Made by a program: the position numbers and the translations under genes
Part shown: positions 1-12,065 of the stretch, in pieces
How the letters are laid out: each line of letters opens with the position of its first letter
Numbering within the stretch: position 1 is the first letter of the stretch
The notes under the pieces: model-generated
What the model was told of the DNA's origin: nothing
Databases searched by the model: none
Seen by the model: only the letters and a program-made list of their open reading frames with translations
From: Octopus sinensis
Lineage: Eukaryota
DNA length: 64,000 bases
Assembly: GCF_006345805.1 (NCBI RefSeq)
Contig: NC_042997.1
Span: 205,406,001-205,470,000 of the forward strand
Direction: 5' to 3'

Positions 1-3000
1 CATTGGTAATAATTTGACTCTTGTGGATTTTGAGGAGGCCATAGAAAAGGCTTGGTTTGCATGTCATCAACCTCTACACTTCTCAACATGTTTGTTTCTG
101 TAGCTGCTCTTTAGCAAAGCAGTTCCTTCCTTCACCACAGTCCTCCATGTTGTTCTGTCCTCAGCCCTCTCTTCCCAGGTGCTGACATCCACCTCACACT
201 TGGAAAAACTAATTTTGCAAGTGTCCTTATGCCTCAGTTTTGGTCTTCCCCTTGGTCTCTTGCCCTGAGCCAGTTTTCCATAGAGCAGTTGCTTCAGGAT
301 TCGATGGTCATCCATTCTCCTAACATGCCCCAGCCACCTCAGTCTTCTCATACACAAGAAAGCTGTCATGCTTTGAAGATTTGCCTGCGCCAGCACTTGA
401 ACACTGGTAACCTTGTCACGCCATGTTAGCCCTAAGATCTTGCGGAAGCATCTGAGATGGAAAATGCCGAGGCACCTTTCCTGTCTGCTGTACAAGGTCC
501 ATCTTTCAGATCCATAGAGGAATGTGCTGAGAACAAATGCTTCATAAATCCTGATCTTTTTATCTTGATGTCTAATCTCTTCTTCTTCCATACTCGTTTT
601 GTCAGCCTTCCAAAAGTTGTTGCTGTCTTCCCTATCCTGACATTAATCTCATTCTCAAGTGTAGTAGTAGAGGAAATGGTAGACCCTAGATAGAAGAACC
701 TGTCCACTGTCTCAAGCTGTTTGTCATCAAGCTTGATATGGTCCTTCACTGTACCCTCCAGAGTGAGGATGACTGTCTTCTTTACACTGATGACCAAACT
801 GAAGGTTTTGCATGCTGATGATAGGTGGTCCATCATTATTTGTAGATTTAATTCAGTGTGAGCAACAAGTGCCACATCGTTGGCGAAGAGAAAATCTCTT
901 ATTGTTGCTCTATTGATCTTAGTCTTGGTCTGAAGTCTAGAAAGATCAAAGAGAGACCCATCAGTTCTCCAACAGAGGTAGACATCTGCAACTCTTGAAA
1001 TGCATACTGCAGCAATACAGCAAAGTAAATGCTGATTGGTGCGAAGACACAACCTTGTTTTACTCCGATGTTGATGTTGAGGCTATCTGATATTAAACTC
1101 TCAAACTGAATGGTGGCCTTCATGTCATCATGGAATGAAACAAAGAGCTGCAGTAGTACTGGGGGACAGCCACATTTTCCAAGCACCATGTACAGTCCCG
1201 ATCTGCTGACTGTATCTAATGCCTTTGTCAGATCGACAAATGCTATATATAGTGGGAATTGCTGCTCCCAGCATTTTTCTTGCAGTTGACGAATGGAGAA
1301 GAACATATCCGTTGTTGAGTGGTTAGATCTAAAACCGCACTGGCTCTCTTGTAGTACTCTTTCTGCTGGCTTTTGAAGTCGTTTCATAATGATCCTCACA
1401 AAAGCTTTTCCAGTGATGCTCAGAAGTGAAATGCCTCTGTAATTATTGTAATCTACCTTGTCCTCTTTATTTTTGTAGAGAGTGATGATCTCGGGATCTC
1501 TCGTATCCTGTGGAATTTTCACTTCCAACCAACACGTCTTTAGTAACTTGCATAAATGTGGAAGGAGGGCATCTTTGTTCTCTTTCAATACTTCAGCAGG
1601 TATATTGTCATTTCCAGGTGTTTTTCCGCTGGCAAGTTCATTGATTGCAGTGGAGAGTTCTTCTTCCGTTGGTGGTATATCAAGTTCTGTCATTTCGGGG
1701 AGTTGAGGAATGGCCTCATCAAGCTGTCTATCAACATCTTGCTCCTTTGTGTCTTCTTGTCAATCAGCTGGTTACCTGTTGCAGACTTGAGAGGTGCCAC
1801 TTTACTCACTGTTGGTGCGATAGCAACTCTAATCTTTTCAAACATTTTCCTGACGTTACCCATGTCACTCACCTGTTGAATTTCTAAGCATAAGTTATCC
1901 CACGCTGGTTGGCACATTTTCTAGTTTCTTTTGGAAGGTTGGATTTTGCAGCACGTAGCTGTTGCTTTCTACTTTCTATTGGCTTTCTCTTGTGCTTTAT
2001 GAAGAACTTGCACTTTTTCTCAAGTAATGGCATTAGTATTGATGCATTGGCTTTGATCTAGTCATCCTTGGAAAGTCAATCTGTTCCAAAGGCCCTTGAC
2101 GCAGAATCATATATTGCTGATTTCATGTTGTTCCATATGTTGTCAGGGGATGGGCTATCTAAATTTTGGAGCTGTTCTTCAACATATTCTTGAAATTTGG
2201 TTCTCATTGCTGGATCTTGGGTGTTTTTTGTGTTGTTCTTAGGTTTTTTGATTTTTCGGCTCTTGGTGGATTTTTTTTTTGTGACCATCTTTACCACAGA
2301 TGATCTGTGTTACAGTCCGCACTGTGGAAGGATCTTGTTTGCTTCACAGTGTTGACATCATTCTTTCTGATGATGATGAAGTTAATCTAGTGCCAATGAC
2401 CTGATCTTGGATGGCACCAAGAAACTTTATGCCAGTCTTCGCCATTGTAGAAGGTGTTTGTAATGTACAGGTTGTTATTTGTGCAGAATTCTAAGAGTCT
2501 CTGGACATTCTCATTGATTTTCCCCAGTCCAAACTGTCCAAGGCAGTTGGGCCATGCTTGGTGACCAGCACCTACTCTTGCATTGAAAGTGCCCATGAGA
2601 AAGAGTTGGTCTGCCTTTGGGACACTATTGATCACATCCTGAAGTTCCTCGTAATACTGATCTCTCTTATTTTCTGCTGTTACAATCGGGGCATAGGCAC
2701 TAATGAGATGGTTCCTTCCAGTTTTAGTCCCCACTTCCATGATAGTGATGCGCTCAGATATACCTTGAGGAGTACTGATCTTGTTCAGCAATCTTCTGTG
2801 TACTGCAAACCCCTACACCATGGATTCTCCTCTCATCTTCTCCAAGACCCTTCCAGAAGAATGTGTGATTTCTTTCCCTAATGGAACCAGAGTCAGCAAG
2901 TCTTGTCTCTTGCAGGGCAGTGATGTCTACATTCAGTCGGGTGAGCACCCTGTCAATGATTGCTCTTTTCCTGGTGTCCTCTGTCTTGTCCAGGTCTGTA

Positions 3001-3360
3001 ATGTCCCTTTCAGTTGTCATTGTTCTGACATTCCAGGTCCCCTGTTTCAGTGGGATCAATTTCAGTTTTCTTCCTCCTTTGCCAGGTGCTGGGCTTTACA
3101 TCTGCTTTTCAGTTTTTATCCTAGCTCCATACACGCTGAGCAGCGGACATACGTGGTGGATCAGCACCTTACTGACTGGGGACTGTCCAGTTTAGGACAG
3201 GCGGTAGCTGATCAATGTGATTGAATAATCACTCCCATCATCGAAGATGACCCATGGCGACATCCCGCTTCACCAAATAAGGAAGCCTTATAACCCATAA
3301 TCTGCCACTCCTGTGTTGTTTCCCTTGCCTCTTACAGCAAGGATGAAGAGTCCTCTCTAA
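1..3360 (-). mobile_element. RTE/BovB-like non-LTR retrotransposon, near full length, frameshifted (3' end runs off the window)
   Basis: Collinear ORF pieces: APE (2754..3059 GTWNVRTM..LQETRL; 2387..2791), RT (899..1693 YRGISLLS, QCGFR, FVDLTKA, GVKQGC; 432..1052 FAND, YLGS) and C-terminus (67..591 RRLRWLGHVRRM, GKRPRGRPK). Multiple stops and frameshifts. Confidence 0.92.
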
Positions 3361-4544
3361 ATGCTCTTTTTTTTTTTTTTTTTTTTGCAGCATCCTCCCA
3401 GAAATTCTAAGTCCTTGGCTAAATGCCTGGGCTCTGAATGCATGGAGAACATGCCTTACCCAACTTGCACAATCCCCCTCTCAACTTCATTGATTTACTC
3501 CAAAGGAGAGACAAGGTCAATACAGGGGCTGCCAGAAGATAGTTTGGATCATTCCTCCCTATCAACTGCCTTAGGGGCCCCCTCTCCGGAATTTCTGTTT
3601 GAGTTTACTCCTTTAGCCTTTCATACTCTTGTATGTGTCTACAAGGCAGCAGAAACAGCTGCAGGTTGTACCATCTACTGTCATTTTGGTAGCAGCACTA
3701 GTCTAACCTGACACATACTCACACACACACACACACACACACACAAGGATATACATAAATAAATAAATAAAAATAAAGTGTAAAATGATATATTTAGATA
3801 AGACATGCCATTAAGAAACAGAAAATAATATATATACATAAAAGTAAAATATATATAAGTAGAAATATAATTTAAAATATGACATATATACATATATTAC
3901 AGACTTTTTTTTCTTTTACAAACATTTTGTTGGATGGCCATTTGAATGTTCATGAGTTCCTCCGCCCTTTGACGGGTCTTATTTTTCGTCCTGCTAGTTG
4001 TCCAACCAACCCTCCTCACCAAGCAAGCTGGGTGGGGTTGCCAGTTTAGTCGCCAACGACACGACCATGCAACAGGTTATACTGGGTTACATGTTACCAG
4101 TAGCACTCTAAAGTGACCTAACATATATATTTTTATATTTCTCCTAAATATACATATATATGTTAAGCAGACCCCTTCCTAGTTCGAGGTGCATTTCCTT
4201 AACTGCAACATATTCATTGATTCATTCATTCTATTAAAGTTTTATCACACAATTACTTGTCTCGTTAAACTATGCTAAGCAGACCCTTCCTAGTTCGAGG
4301 TGCGCCCGCCCTTCCAACCCCTCCACCTGTACCGGAAGTTCCTATCCTTGTCATCCCTGGGTTGCCTCCCACAAACACTTCTAAAGGCTTTACACCATCC
4401 CCACCCCTAGTTTAGGGCTATCTCCTATATAAGGTAATGATCATATAGTGCAAAAATATGAAAGAGTAGTGTTGTGCAGGTTGAACTGAAGGCTATTGTA
4501 CTGTTTGTTTATGAATTCTGCCAAATGCGAGTTTTCTTTTCAGG

Positions 4545-4735
4545 TACATGAAGCGACTGTCCCCCGTCCCAGGGTCTCATGGGCCCAAACCTCCCACACC
4601 CTCAACATTGGCACACTGAAAGGTAGGTCTAGTGAGATTGTTGAGATGCTTGAACGGAGAAATGTCGATATGTGCTGCATCCAAGAAATAAGGTGGAGAG
4701 GAGGTTCTGCTAGGTTCCTCACAGGCAAAGAACAA
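4545..4735 (+). mobile_element. RTE-X-like retrotransposon 5' fragment (APE endonuclease N-terminus)
   Basis: TLNIGTLKGRSSEIVEMLERRNVDMCCIQEIRWRG is an APE N-terminal motif set; it ends abruptly at 4735. Confidence 0.75.
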
Positions 4736-4765
4736 ACCCGAGCAATGCCGGGCTATACTGTTAGT
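4736..4765 (+). mobile_element. Helitron-like 3' terminus
   Basis: Imperfect hairpin cccgagcaatgccggg followed about 10 nt later by TTAG|T (degenerate CTAG-T). The same motif occurs at 51337-51372 (-) and 36896-36923 (+). Confidence 0.5.
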
Positions 4766-6627
4766 ATATATATATATATAGTAGAAGGACCTGAACCCTT
4801 CAAAGGGATGTTTAGCATCCAAGTTCCTGAAGAAAATCCTAATTTGTGATTTCAAAAGTATTATATTTTCCTCAAAGTTACAAGGAAAGAACTGGGACCT
4901 TGTAAATCTTGTGAATTTTCCAAAGTCTCCCCCCCCCACCTACCCGCCCCGTTGCTTTCCATGCATTTTTGTTTTCATATTCGTTTCCTATGTGGATGTG
5001 CAGTAGAAAACCAAAATCATTTTCCTCAAAGTTATGATGAAAAACATCGGATCTTGTGAATTTTCCAAAGTCCTCTCCACACCCCCATTGCTTTCCAGGC
5101 TTTTTTGCTTTTATATTCGTTTCCAACACCTTTTTTTTTTCTTTACACCTGTTTCATTATTCTTTTTTCGATTTCGTTTCCAGGTAACAATGTCAACATT
5201 AACCAAACATATTTCTGTTTACTTTCTCTGTTCATTTGGATAAGCTGTAGAAATTGTTGCGCGTGTGCACACACAAATGCAAAAGTATTCTCCAGACATT
5301 TAGCTGTTATTTTTAGCATATCGAGTTTCGTGGTGAGCGCTTCGCATGCCCTGATTCTTAACAGACAAAACAGATGTTCATCTTCACTTTTAGACAGCGG
5401 GATGAGGTGGCGAAGGGGTGTGGATCAATTTCTGCGTTTTTCATAGAAAATTCCAAATTAAATCCCATCCTGCACCTTATTCTTAATCTCCACGTAGATT
5501 GGAAAAGAAAATTAGGAAAAAAAGTTTAAAATTAAAAAGGAGGGGAGGGGCAATTAGAAATTTTGAAAACGTGGGTTTTTTTTTTTTTTGTATATTCGGA
5601 ATCTCCGTCATGGAAAACAGGAATCCAGTGAAAGAAAGAGTCGGAAAGGTTGGTTTCGGGGGCGGTGACTGTTTGCTAGCTCCACCAATAATAAGCCATA
5701 CCCATTTCTCTGAAGGTTACTGGGAAACAAAGTTGGTGGGAGGGGGCACACTTTTGTAGACCAATAAAAAGGATGAAGACGAGAGAGAGAGTGAGTCGGA
5801 GGAGAGGAGAGAGAGAGAGAGAAAGGAAGAAGGGAAAGAGAGAAAGAAAACATGTAAACAAAACCCATTTGTCAGGTCACGGCCTTTTAACGCCACACCC
5901 AAGAAATCAAAATGAAAGCAATCAAATTAAGACTGAAAATGAATCTCAGTAAAAAAGGTGAGGTAACGTGTAATTATATTTCCGTAATCAACAAACATTA
6001 CAGAGTAACCTTTTACTAAAGCGGCTTCAATTAATAGGAAACCTGTTGGGAAATCTTGGATAAATAATTCCCACGTTTTCGATGATAACAAATTATTCCG
6101 ATTTCGCTAAAAACCACACGGCATTTCCAACTCTGAATCTGTCCCCCCCCCCTGCATTTATCGATGTACACAGGTATTGTATATGTGTGTGTATATGTAT
6201 GAAATGTATACTATATCTGTGTGTATGTATGTACGGTGTATTACATCAATTAATATAGAACCGAAAGAAAAATAAACAATTGTCCTTCTAGGGTGTGGCC
6301 TATATGAGGAGATTTGGCTGCCATTTCGAGCTTGACACGCGTTCAAACTTTCAACATAATTTTATGGAAATCACGTAAAAAAAAAAGTCACAGGAAAACG
6401 GTGGGGGTTTTGTCCGTTGGGGGGATTATCCTAGGGGGAGGGAACATAAATTATTTGTGACTTTATTACCGGTCACCATTTTATGACCAGAAAAACATGG
6501 CATACCTACACATGTGCCCCTTCGTCGGTTTTGTTTCTTCATAACTTTCAGAAGCTGTAGATTCGCTTGAAGAGGGAAAATATCGATGGCTTTGCAGACA
6601 TACATAATGACACACATCACATATACC

Positions 6628-8240
6628 GGTACTTGTCAAGTGTAGTGGTCCCTGTTTCGCGCGCGCCAGACGTAGGTACTCGATACTCGAGATCCTACGA
6701 GGTGACTTGCGCATGCGCAGTGCGCGATTCGCGCATGCGCGTTAACCCCCCCCCCCAAAAAAATACGGATTTTTTTAGATACCTTTCTGCTTTTTAAGAC
6801 AAAAAGGTGTTGCATTTCACTAAAAATATATATGTGTGTGTGTGTGTGTGTATATAAACATTTTCAATTTTACAAAAAAAAATTACATAGTCGCTTTCCT
6901 CGCGGATTTACAGATAAATGAATTAATTACTATTTTACAGAATAAAATTAATTCAAGGCATAGTAAACTTCGCCAATATTAATAATATTTTTTGAACAAA
7001 GTAAATAATTTATAAAACTTAAATAATAATTTTTTTTACACAAACGCGAACGTATATAATTTGTGAAACTTTTTTTTTTTTTACAGACGTATATAATTTG
7101 GTAAACTTAATGAATTAATTTCTTCTCATCATCATCATCGTTTAACGTCCGTTCTCCATGCCAGCATGGGTTGGACGGTTCGACCGGGGATCTGGGAAGC
7201 CAGAAGGCTGCACTAGACTCCAGTCTTATCTGGCAATGTTTCTACAGCTGGATGCCCTTCCTAACGCCAACCACTCCGAGAGTGTAGTGGGTGCTTTTTA
7301 CATGCCACCCGCACAGGTGCCAGGCGAGGCTGGCAACGGCCACGGTCGGATTGGTGCCAGTCGAGGCGGCTCTGGCATCGGCCACGATTCGGATAGTGCT
7401 TTTTACGTACCACCAGTCCAGGGGTCCTGGCATTTGCCGGGTGCCACACTTGCCCCAACATGTCTTCGCAAGCAAAGGGGGTTGGCATGGGTGCCTGTCG
7501 TGGGATGAGTTCGATATCAACTTCGCTTGCCTCAACAGGTCTTTGTGTATAAATGTATAAATTTTTCGCACTAAATTCTTTCCGTAGAATTTATCAAAAA
7601 CGCGCAAAATTATTCCGTAGAATTTATCAAATTAAAAAACGCAAAATTAATATATTTTTTGAAATTGCAAATTATTTAGAATATAAAAATATACAAAAAT
7701 AAAACAAATGAAGTTAAGTTTAAAATAAATGTGATACCTATGCTCTGTAAGTTGCTTCTTTTGTCCAATTAATATAATATATCAATAATTTGTTCACACT
7801 TCAATTTACTATTTTCTAGAAATGTTCCTTTTCTAATTGAAACCATATATAACTCCATCCAACAGATTTTTTTTAGCTACTCCCTCATGCTAGAAATTTT
7901 TTCTCACGTGATCATATCAAAGTGAAAAGCTTTGAATTACACGCGCTTTCGGTGGGGTTCACTAATGTTCACTAATTTGTTCACTAATGACCACCACCGA
8001 TGCGCGCGTAATTCAAAGTTTTTCAATTATATTTTTAGTGAAATCCAATACCTTTTTGTCTTAAAAAGCAGAAAGGTATCTAAAAAAATCCCTTTTGGGG
8101 GGGGGGTTAACGCGCATGCGCGAATCGCGCACTGCGCATGCGCAAGTCACCTCGTAGGATCTCGAGTATCAAGTACCTACGTCTGGCGCGCGCGCGAATT
8201 CGCGTGTGCGATACCGGAACCACTACACTTGACAAGTACC
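6628..8240 (-). mobile_element. Merlin (IS1595/ISXO2-like) non-autonomous DNA transposon with about 200-bp inverted arms
   Basis: 6628-~6828 and ~8029-8240 are reverse complements starting GGTACTTGTCAAGTGTAGTGG. The interior at ~7770-7850 (-) encodes VSIRKGTFLENSKLKCEQIIDILY, a Merlin transposase-like segment. No clear TSD. Confidence 0.7.
7131..7553 (-). mobile_element. 5'-truncated RTE-X 3' UTR (SINE-like tail) nested in the Merlin element
   Basis: Matches the 3' UTR of the RTE-X copy at 22161-22740 (ggaagggcatccagctgtagaaa...gcatggagaacggacgttaaacgatgatgatg). Confidence 0.85.
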
Positions 8241-8259
8241 TACAAAACTTCAATTTCCA

Positions 8260-8368
8260 TTGTATGTATGTATGTATGTATGTATGTGTGTATGTGTGTA
8301 TGTGTGTGTGTGTGTGTGTATGTATGTGTGTGTGTGTGTGTGTATGTGTGTATGCATGTATGTATGTA

Positions 8369-8403
<35 letters not shown>

Positions 8404-8450
8404 AAGTATGTATGTGTGTATGTATGTATGATGTATGTATGTATGTATGT
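8260..8450. repeat. (TATG)n/(TG)n compound microsatellite
   Basis: Direct inspection. Confidence 0.95.
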
Positions 8451-9511
8451 AGTGTGATGGAGGAAAAGGACAACAGAAAAAGAAGCAAACGGGAGAAAGA
8501 AATACATACATACATATAATACATGAATGTATGTCAGTATGTATGTGTGCGAAACCACCGATTTTTTCACCTTAAATTCCAATTTAATCATAATGTACAC
8601 CACCTAATAAAAGGTATTTTGTAGAAAATTTCACTAGGATATATATATATAAAGAGCAGTTTGCTGTTTCACCAAAAAGGAGAATTACAATTGCCACTAA
8701 ATGTGACTGGTGTGTTACGAAACACCTACATTATTAGAAATAAGAGCTAAGCCATTCAAATGAGAAGACGAATTTGTGTAGTAATAATGTAAAGGAAAAG
8801 CATTGAAAGCGATTTTGTGAAATATTTGTAAAGCAATGGAGAGACGGTATTAAAGAAATTAAATTAGGAAGATGTAAAACGAAAACTTACCTCGTAACAA
8901 CTCTGAGCAAAAGTGAAACTTGATTCTTTATCTAATCGTTTTTAAGCTGTTTAACAACAACTTTGTATGACATCAGTGTTTTTCCCAGAAAAAACACTTA
9001 CCCTCCGCCCTCTTTTATACAATTTATTTTCCAAGAAAACTTTGTGATAAAATTTTATTATTATCTAAAACAGACGACATAAAAAAAATACTTTTCAAAA
9101 GAAGAAAAAAACTGTCTCTGCATCTCTGCATCCAAGGCTTCAAGAATAGAATTACGGGCCTGTATTTATATAATACATTTCAAAACAAATATAAACGAAA
9201 AATAATAATAATAATAATAATAATAATAACGTATTTATGAATCTGATCATTAAATCGCCAACAAACATAAAAAAATAAACCCAGAGAAAGAACAAGTGAG
9301 CAGCAGGAACCAAATTGGGTAAAATTACAGATTAACACCCGCACGATTTTCACTAAGGAAAAAAAAAAAAAAACTCGGATTTTTTGCGTGGAATCAAGTA
9401 CCCTGACCTCCTAATAAGCTGCAAATCCCATATTTTGGGCCGGAATTGCTCCGGAAAGGGGGGGGGTCACCCCCCCCCCCGGAATTTTCACAAGGAAAAA
9501 AAACAAACTCA

Positions 9512-9969
9512 GTGAACAAATTATTGATATATTATATTATTGGGCAAAAGAAGATTTAGCAAAGGGAATAGCACAGGAATGTCGTATAGCAAATGTAGCC
9601 GTAACAGATTGGAGAAATTTTTTGCCGTGATATATGTGCAGTATATTATGTTGCCCAATAATATAATATATCAATAATTTAGAAAAGGAACATTTCTAGA
9701 AAATAGTAAATTGAAGTGTGAACAAATTATTGATATATTATATTATTGGGCAAAAGAAGATTTAGCAAAGGGAATAGCACAGGAATGTCGTATAGCAAAT
9801 GTAGCCGTAACAGATTGGAGAAATTTTTTGCCGTGATATATGTGCAGTATATTATGTTGCCCAATAATATAATATATCAATAATTTAGAAAAGGAACATT
9901 TCTAGAAAATAGTAAATTGAAGTGTGAACAAATTATTGATATATTATATTATTGGGCAAAAGAAGATTT
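9512..9969 (+). mobile_element. Merlin transposase fragment in a 206-bp tandem repeat (about 2.2 copies)
   Basis: From 9681: RKGTFLENSKLKCEQIIDILYYWAKEDLAKGIAQECRIANVAVTDWRNF, then a frameshift to CRDICAVY. This fits the Merlin pattern SIRKGTFxExSKL..YYW..DWxNFCRxIC. Units start at 9512, 9718 and 9924. Confidence 0.75.
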
Positions 9970-10782
9970 GGCACACTGTCATGCTTTTAGCTGTCAGAAG
10001 TGAAAGTCGTCAACTTCATGTATTTACGTCAGGTTTATACCTTCACTGTTAGGTTTATAAAACAATTGAAGTTCAGTTTAAAGTTTATAAATAAATACAT
10101 TTCATTTCATGTTCTGTTTAAACTTTATAAACAAATATATTCTTGCAGTGTGTGTATATGTGGCTATATGTCTGACTAATGTGTGTGTGTCTGTATTTAT
10201 TGTATGTGTGTATAAGTAGTTATATGCTTATATTATCCATTATAGTAATATTTGTCTGTTGAAACCCGTTTTAAGGCGGTCAATAGTTTAATTAAAGATG
10301 TGTCTATACATATATATATATATATAGGTGTATATATATATATTTATATATATATATGTATACACATGTATATATACACCTGTATATATATATATACATG
10401 TATAGACACATCTTTAATTAAACTATTGACCGCCTTAAAACCGGTTTCAACAGACAAATATTACTATAATGGATAATATAAGCATATAACTACTTATACA
10501 CACATACAATAAATACAGACACGCACACATTAGTCAGACATATAGCCATATATACACACACACACACACGTGTATGATTGGTGTATGTGATCGGCGGTGG
10601 TGGTCATTTGTGCAGATTTGGTGTGATTTCTTTCTTAAAAACAATAATGAATAATGCAAGAATATATTTATTTATAAAGTTTAAACAGAACATGGAATGA
10701 AATGTATTCATTTATAAACTTTAAACTGAACTTCAATTGTTTTATAAACCTTGGTACGTACAGCTAAAAGCACGACAGTGCC
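9970..10782. mobile_element. Foldback / MITE-like palindromic element
   Basis: Arms ~9970-10310 and ~10395-10782 are reverse complements (ggcac..tgtcatgcttttagctgt / acagctaaaagcacgacagtgcc; atttgtctgttgaaacc / ggtttcaacagacaaat), with two arm-specific indels and a TA-rich loop. Confidence 0.8.
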
Positions 10783-11304
10783 ATTTATATAATTAATTCC
10801 TTAATTTTATTCTGTAAAATAGTAATTAATTCCTTTATCTATAAAATAGTACAAATATTCTGCAAATCCGCGAGGGAATCGCTATGTTGTCACTCAGCCA
10901 GCTAGAAATAGCAGCCAGATTTCCCTCCAATAACACATGCACGCTATTGGAAAGACTTCCTCCCAAAGTTTTTTGGGTTCGGAATTGGTCCGGAAGGGAG
11001 GGACCCACCCCCCGAATTTTCGCCAAGGAAAAAAATTCTTTTTAAATTCGTCACAGTGTACAAAGTGAGTTGTGATTACCAACATAGTGTTGTTGTATGA
11101 AAGCATGCGTATAGTAATTGTGTCTGTATGTCCGACAGAAGGTGCAGATAAAGGTGCATGCGAATACAACAGAAATACAGGTAAAATTACAGAGCTTAAG
11201 AGAAGTCTCAGCATACACAGGTAAAAATTCAGACAAACTGCTACTTACCTCTTGCTGTCAAAAAAATGGATTAATTCTCAGCAAAACATACTGTTATGTT
11301 AGAC

Positions 11305-11483
11305 CAGTGGTTTTCAACCAGGGTTCCACAAGAAGTTGCAAAACTGCTAAAATCGGCAGTAATTTTTAATTCTCCTGTGCAGATATGTGTGCATAAGACT
11401 ATTAAATTATTGCACAGGAGTTCCTGGAGCCAGTGGAATGTTTCCTTGGGGTTCCGCTCCAGCAAAAAGTTTGAAAAGCACTG
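11305..11483. mobile_element. hAT (Charlie-like) MITE, 179 bp
   Basis: TIRs CAGTGGTTTTCAAC / GTTTGAAAAGCACTG; 8-bp TSD tgttagac (11297-11304) / tgctagac (11484-11491). Confidence 0.88.
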
Positions 11484-11544
11484 TGCTAGACCAACGTTTT
11501 ACGAAAAAACAAAAATTAAAATCTTTCGCGTGCAAACTAATTTT

Positions 11545-11757
11545 TGTGTGTGTATATATATGTATGCATATATATATATGTATGTATATATATATATGTA
11601 TGTATATATATATGTATGTGTATGTATATATATGTATGTGTATGTATATATATGTATGTGTATATATATGTATGTGTATGTATATATATGTATGTATATA
11701 TATATATATATGTATATATAAATATATGTAGATATGTATGTATATATAAATATATGT

Positions 11758-11829
<72 letters not shown>

Positions 11830-11835
11830 ATATAT
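11545..11835. repeat. (TA)n/(TATG)n microsatellite
   Basis: Direct inspection. Confidence 0.95.
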
Positions 11836-12030
11836 AAACTTAGATATGTTTCGACCAAAGATTGGTCCATGCCATGTCTAACTTAATAGCACCACCTGAT
11901 AGGATTATCTAAATCCTGTTTGAGTCAAGTTTTGTTTATGGTCCATTCAAGTAGTGAGTTTTTGTTGGGTGAGTTGTATTCAATTATGGGTGGCTTATCT
12001 GGTATTCCTTGAAGGAATCTATCCAGACTC
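11836..12030 (-). mobile_element. 5'-truncated 3' end of CR1-like family A
   Basis: Reverse complement of 19490-19690, including the tail ggtcgaaacatatctaagttt. Confidence 0.85.
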
Positions 12031-12065
12031 CGTATATATATATATATATGTATGTATATATATAT

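Noticed and set aside
3361-3711. 116-aa ORF after a poly-T/CAG acceptor-like site
   Set aside because: No recognisable motif; more likely the 5' flank or UTR of the adjacent RTE.
5655-5965. GC box, two CCAAT boxes and a short ATG...G|GTGAG first-exon candidate
   Set aside because: These short motifs are expected by chance, and there is no evidence linking them to the PARP14-like exons 42 kb away across a gap.
8885-9080. Two minus-strand GTAAGT donors suggesting small exons
   Set aside because: The candidate exons have stops in all frames or no recognisable product, so they cannot be supported without RNA data.
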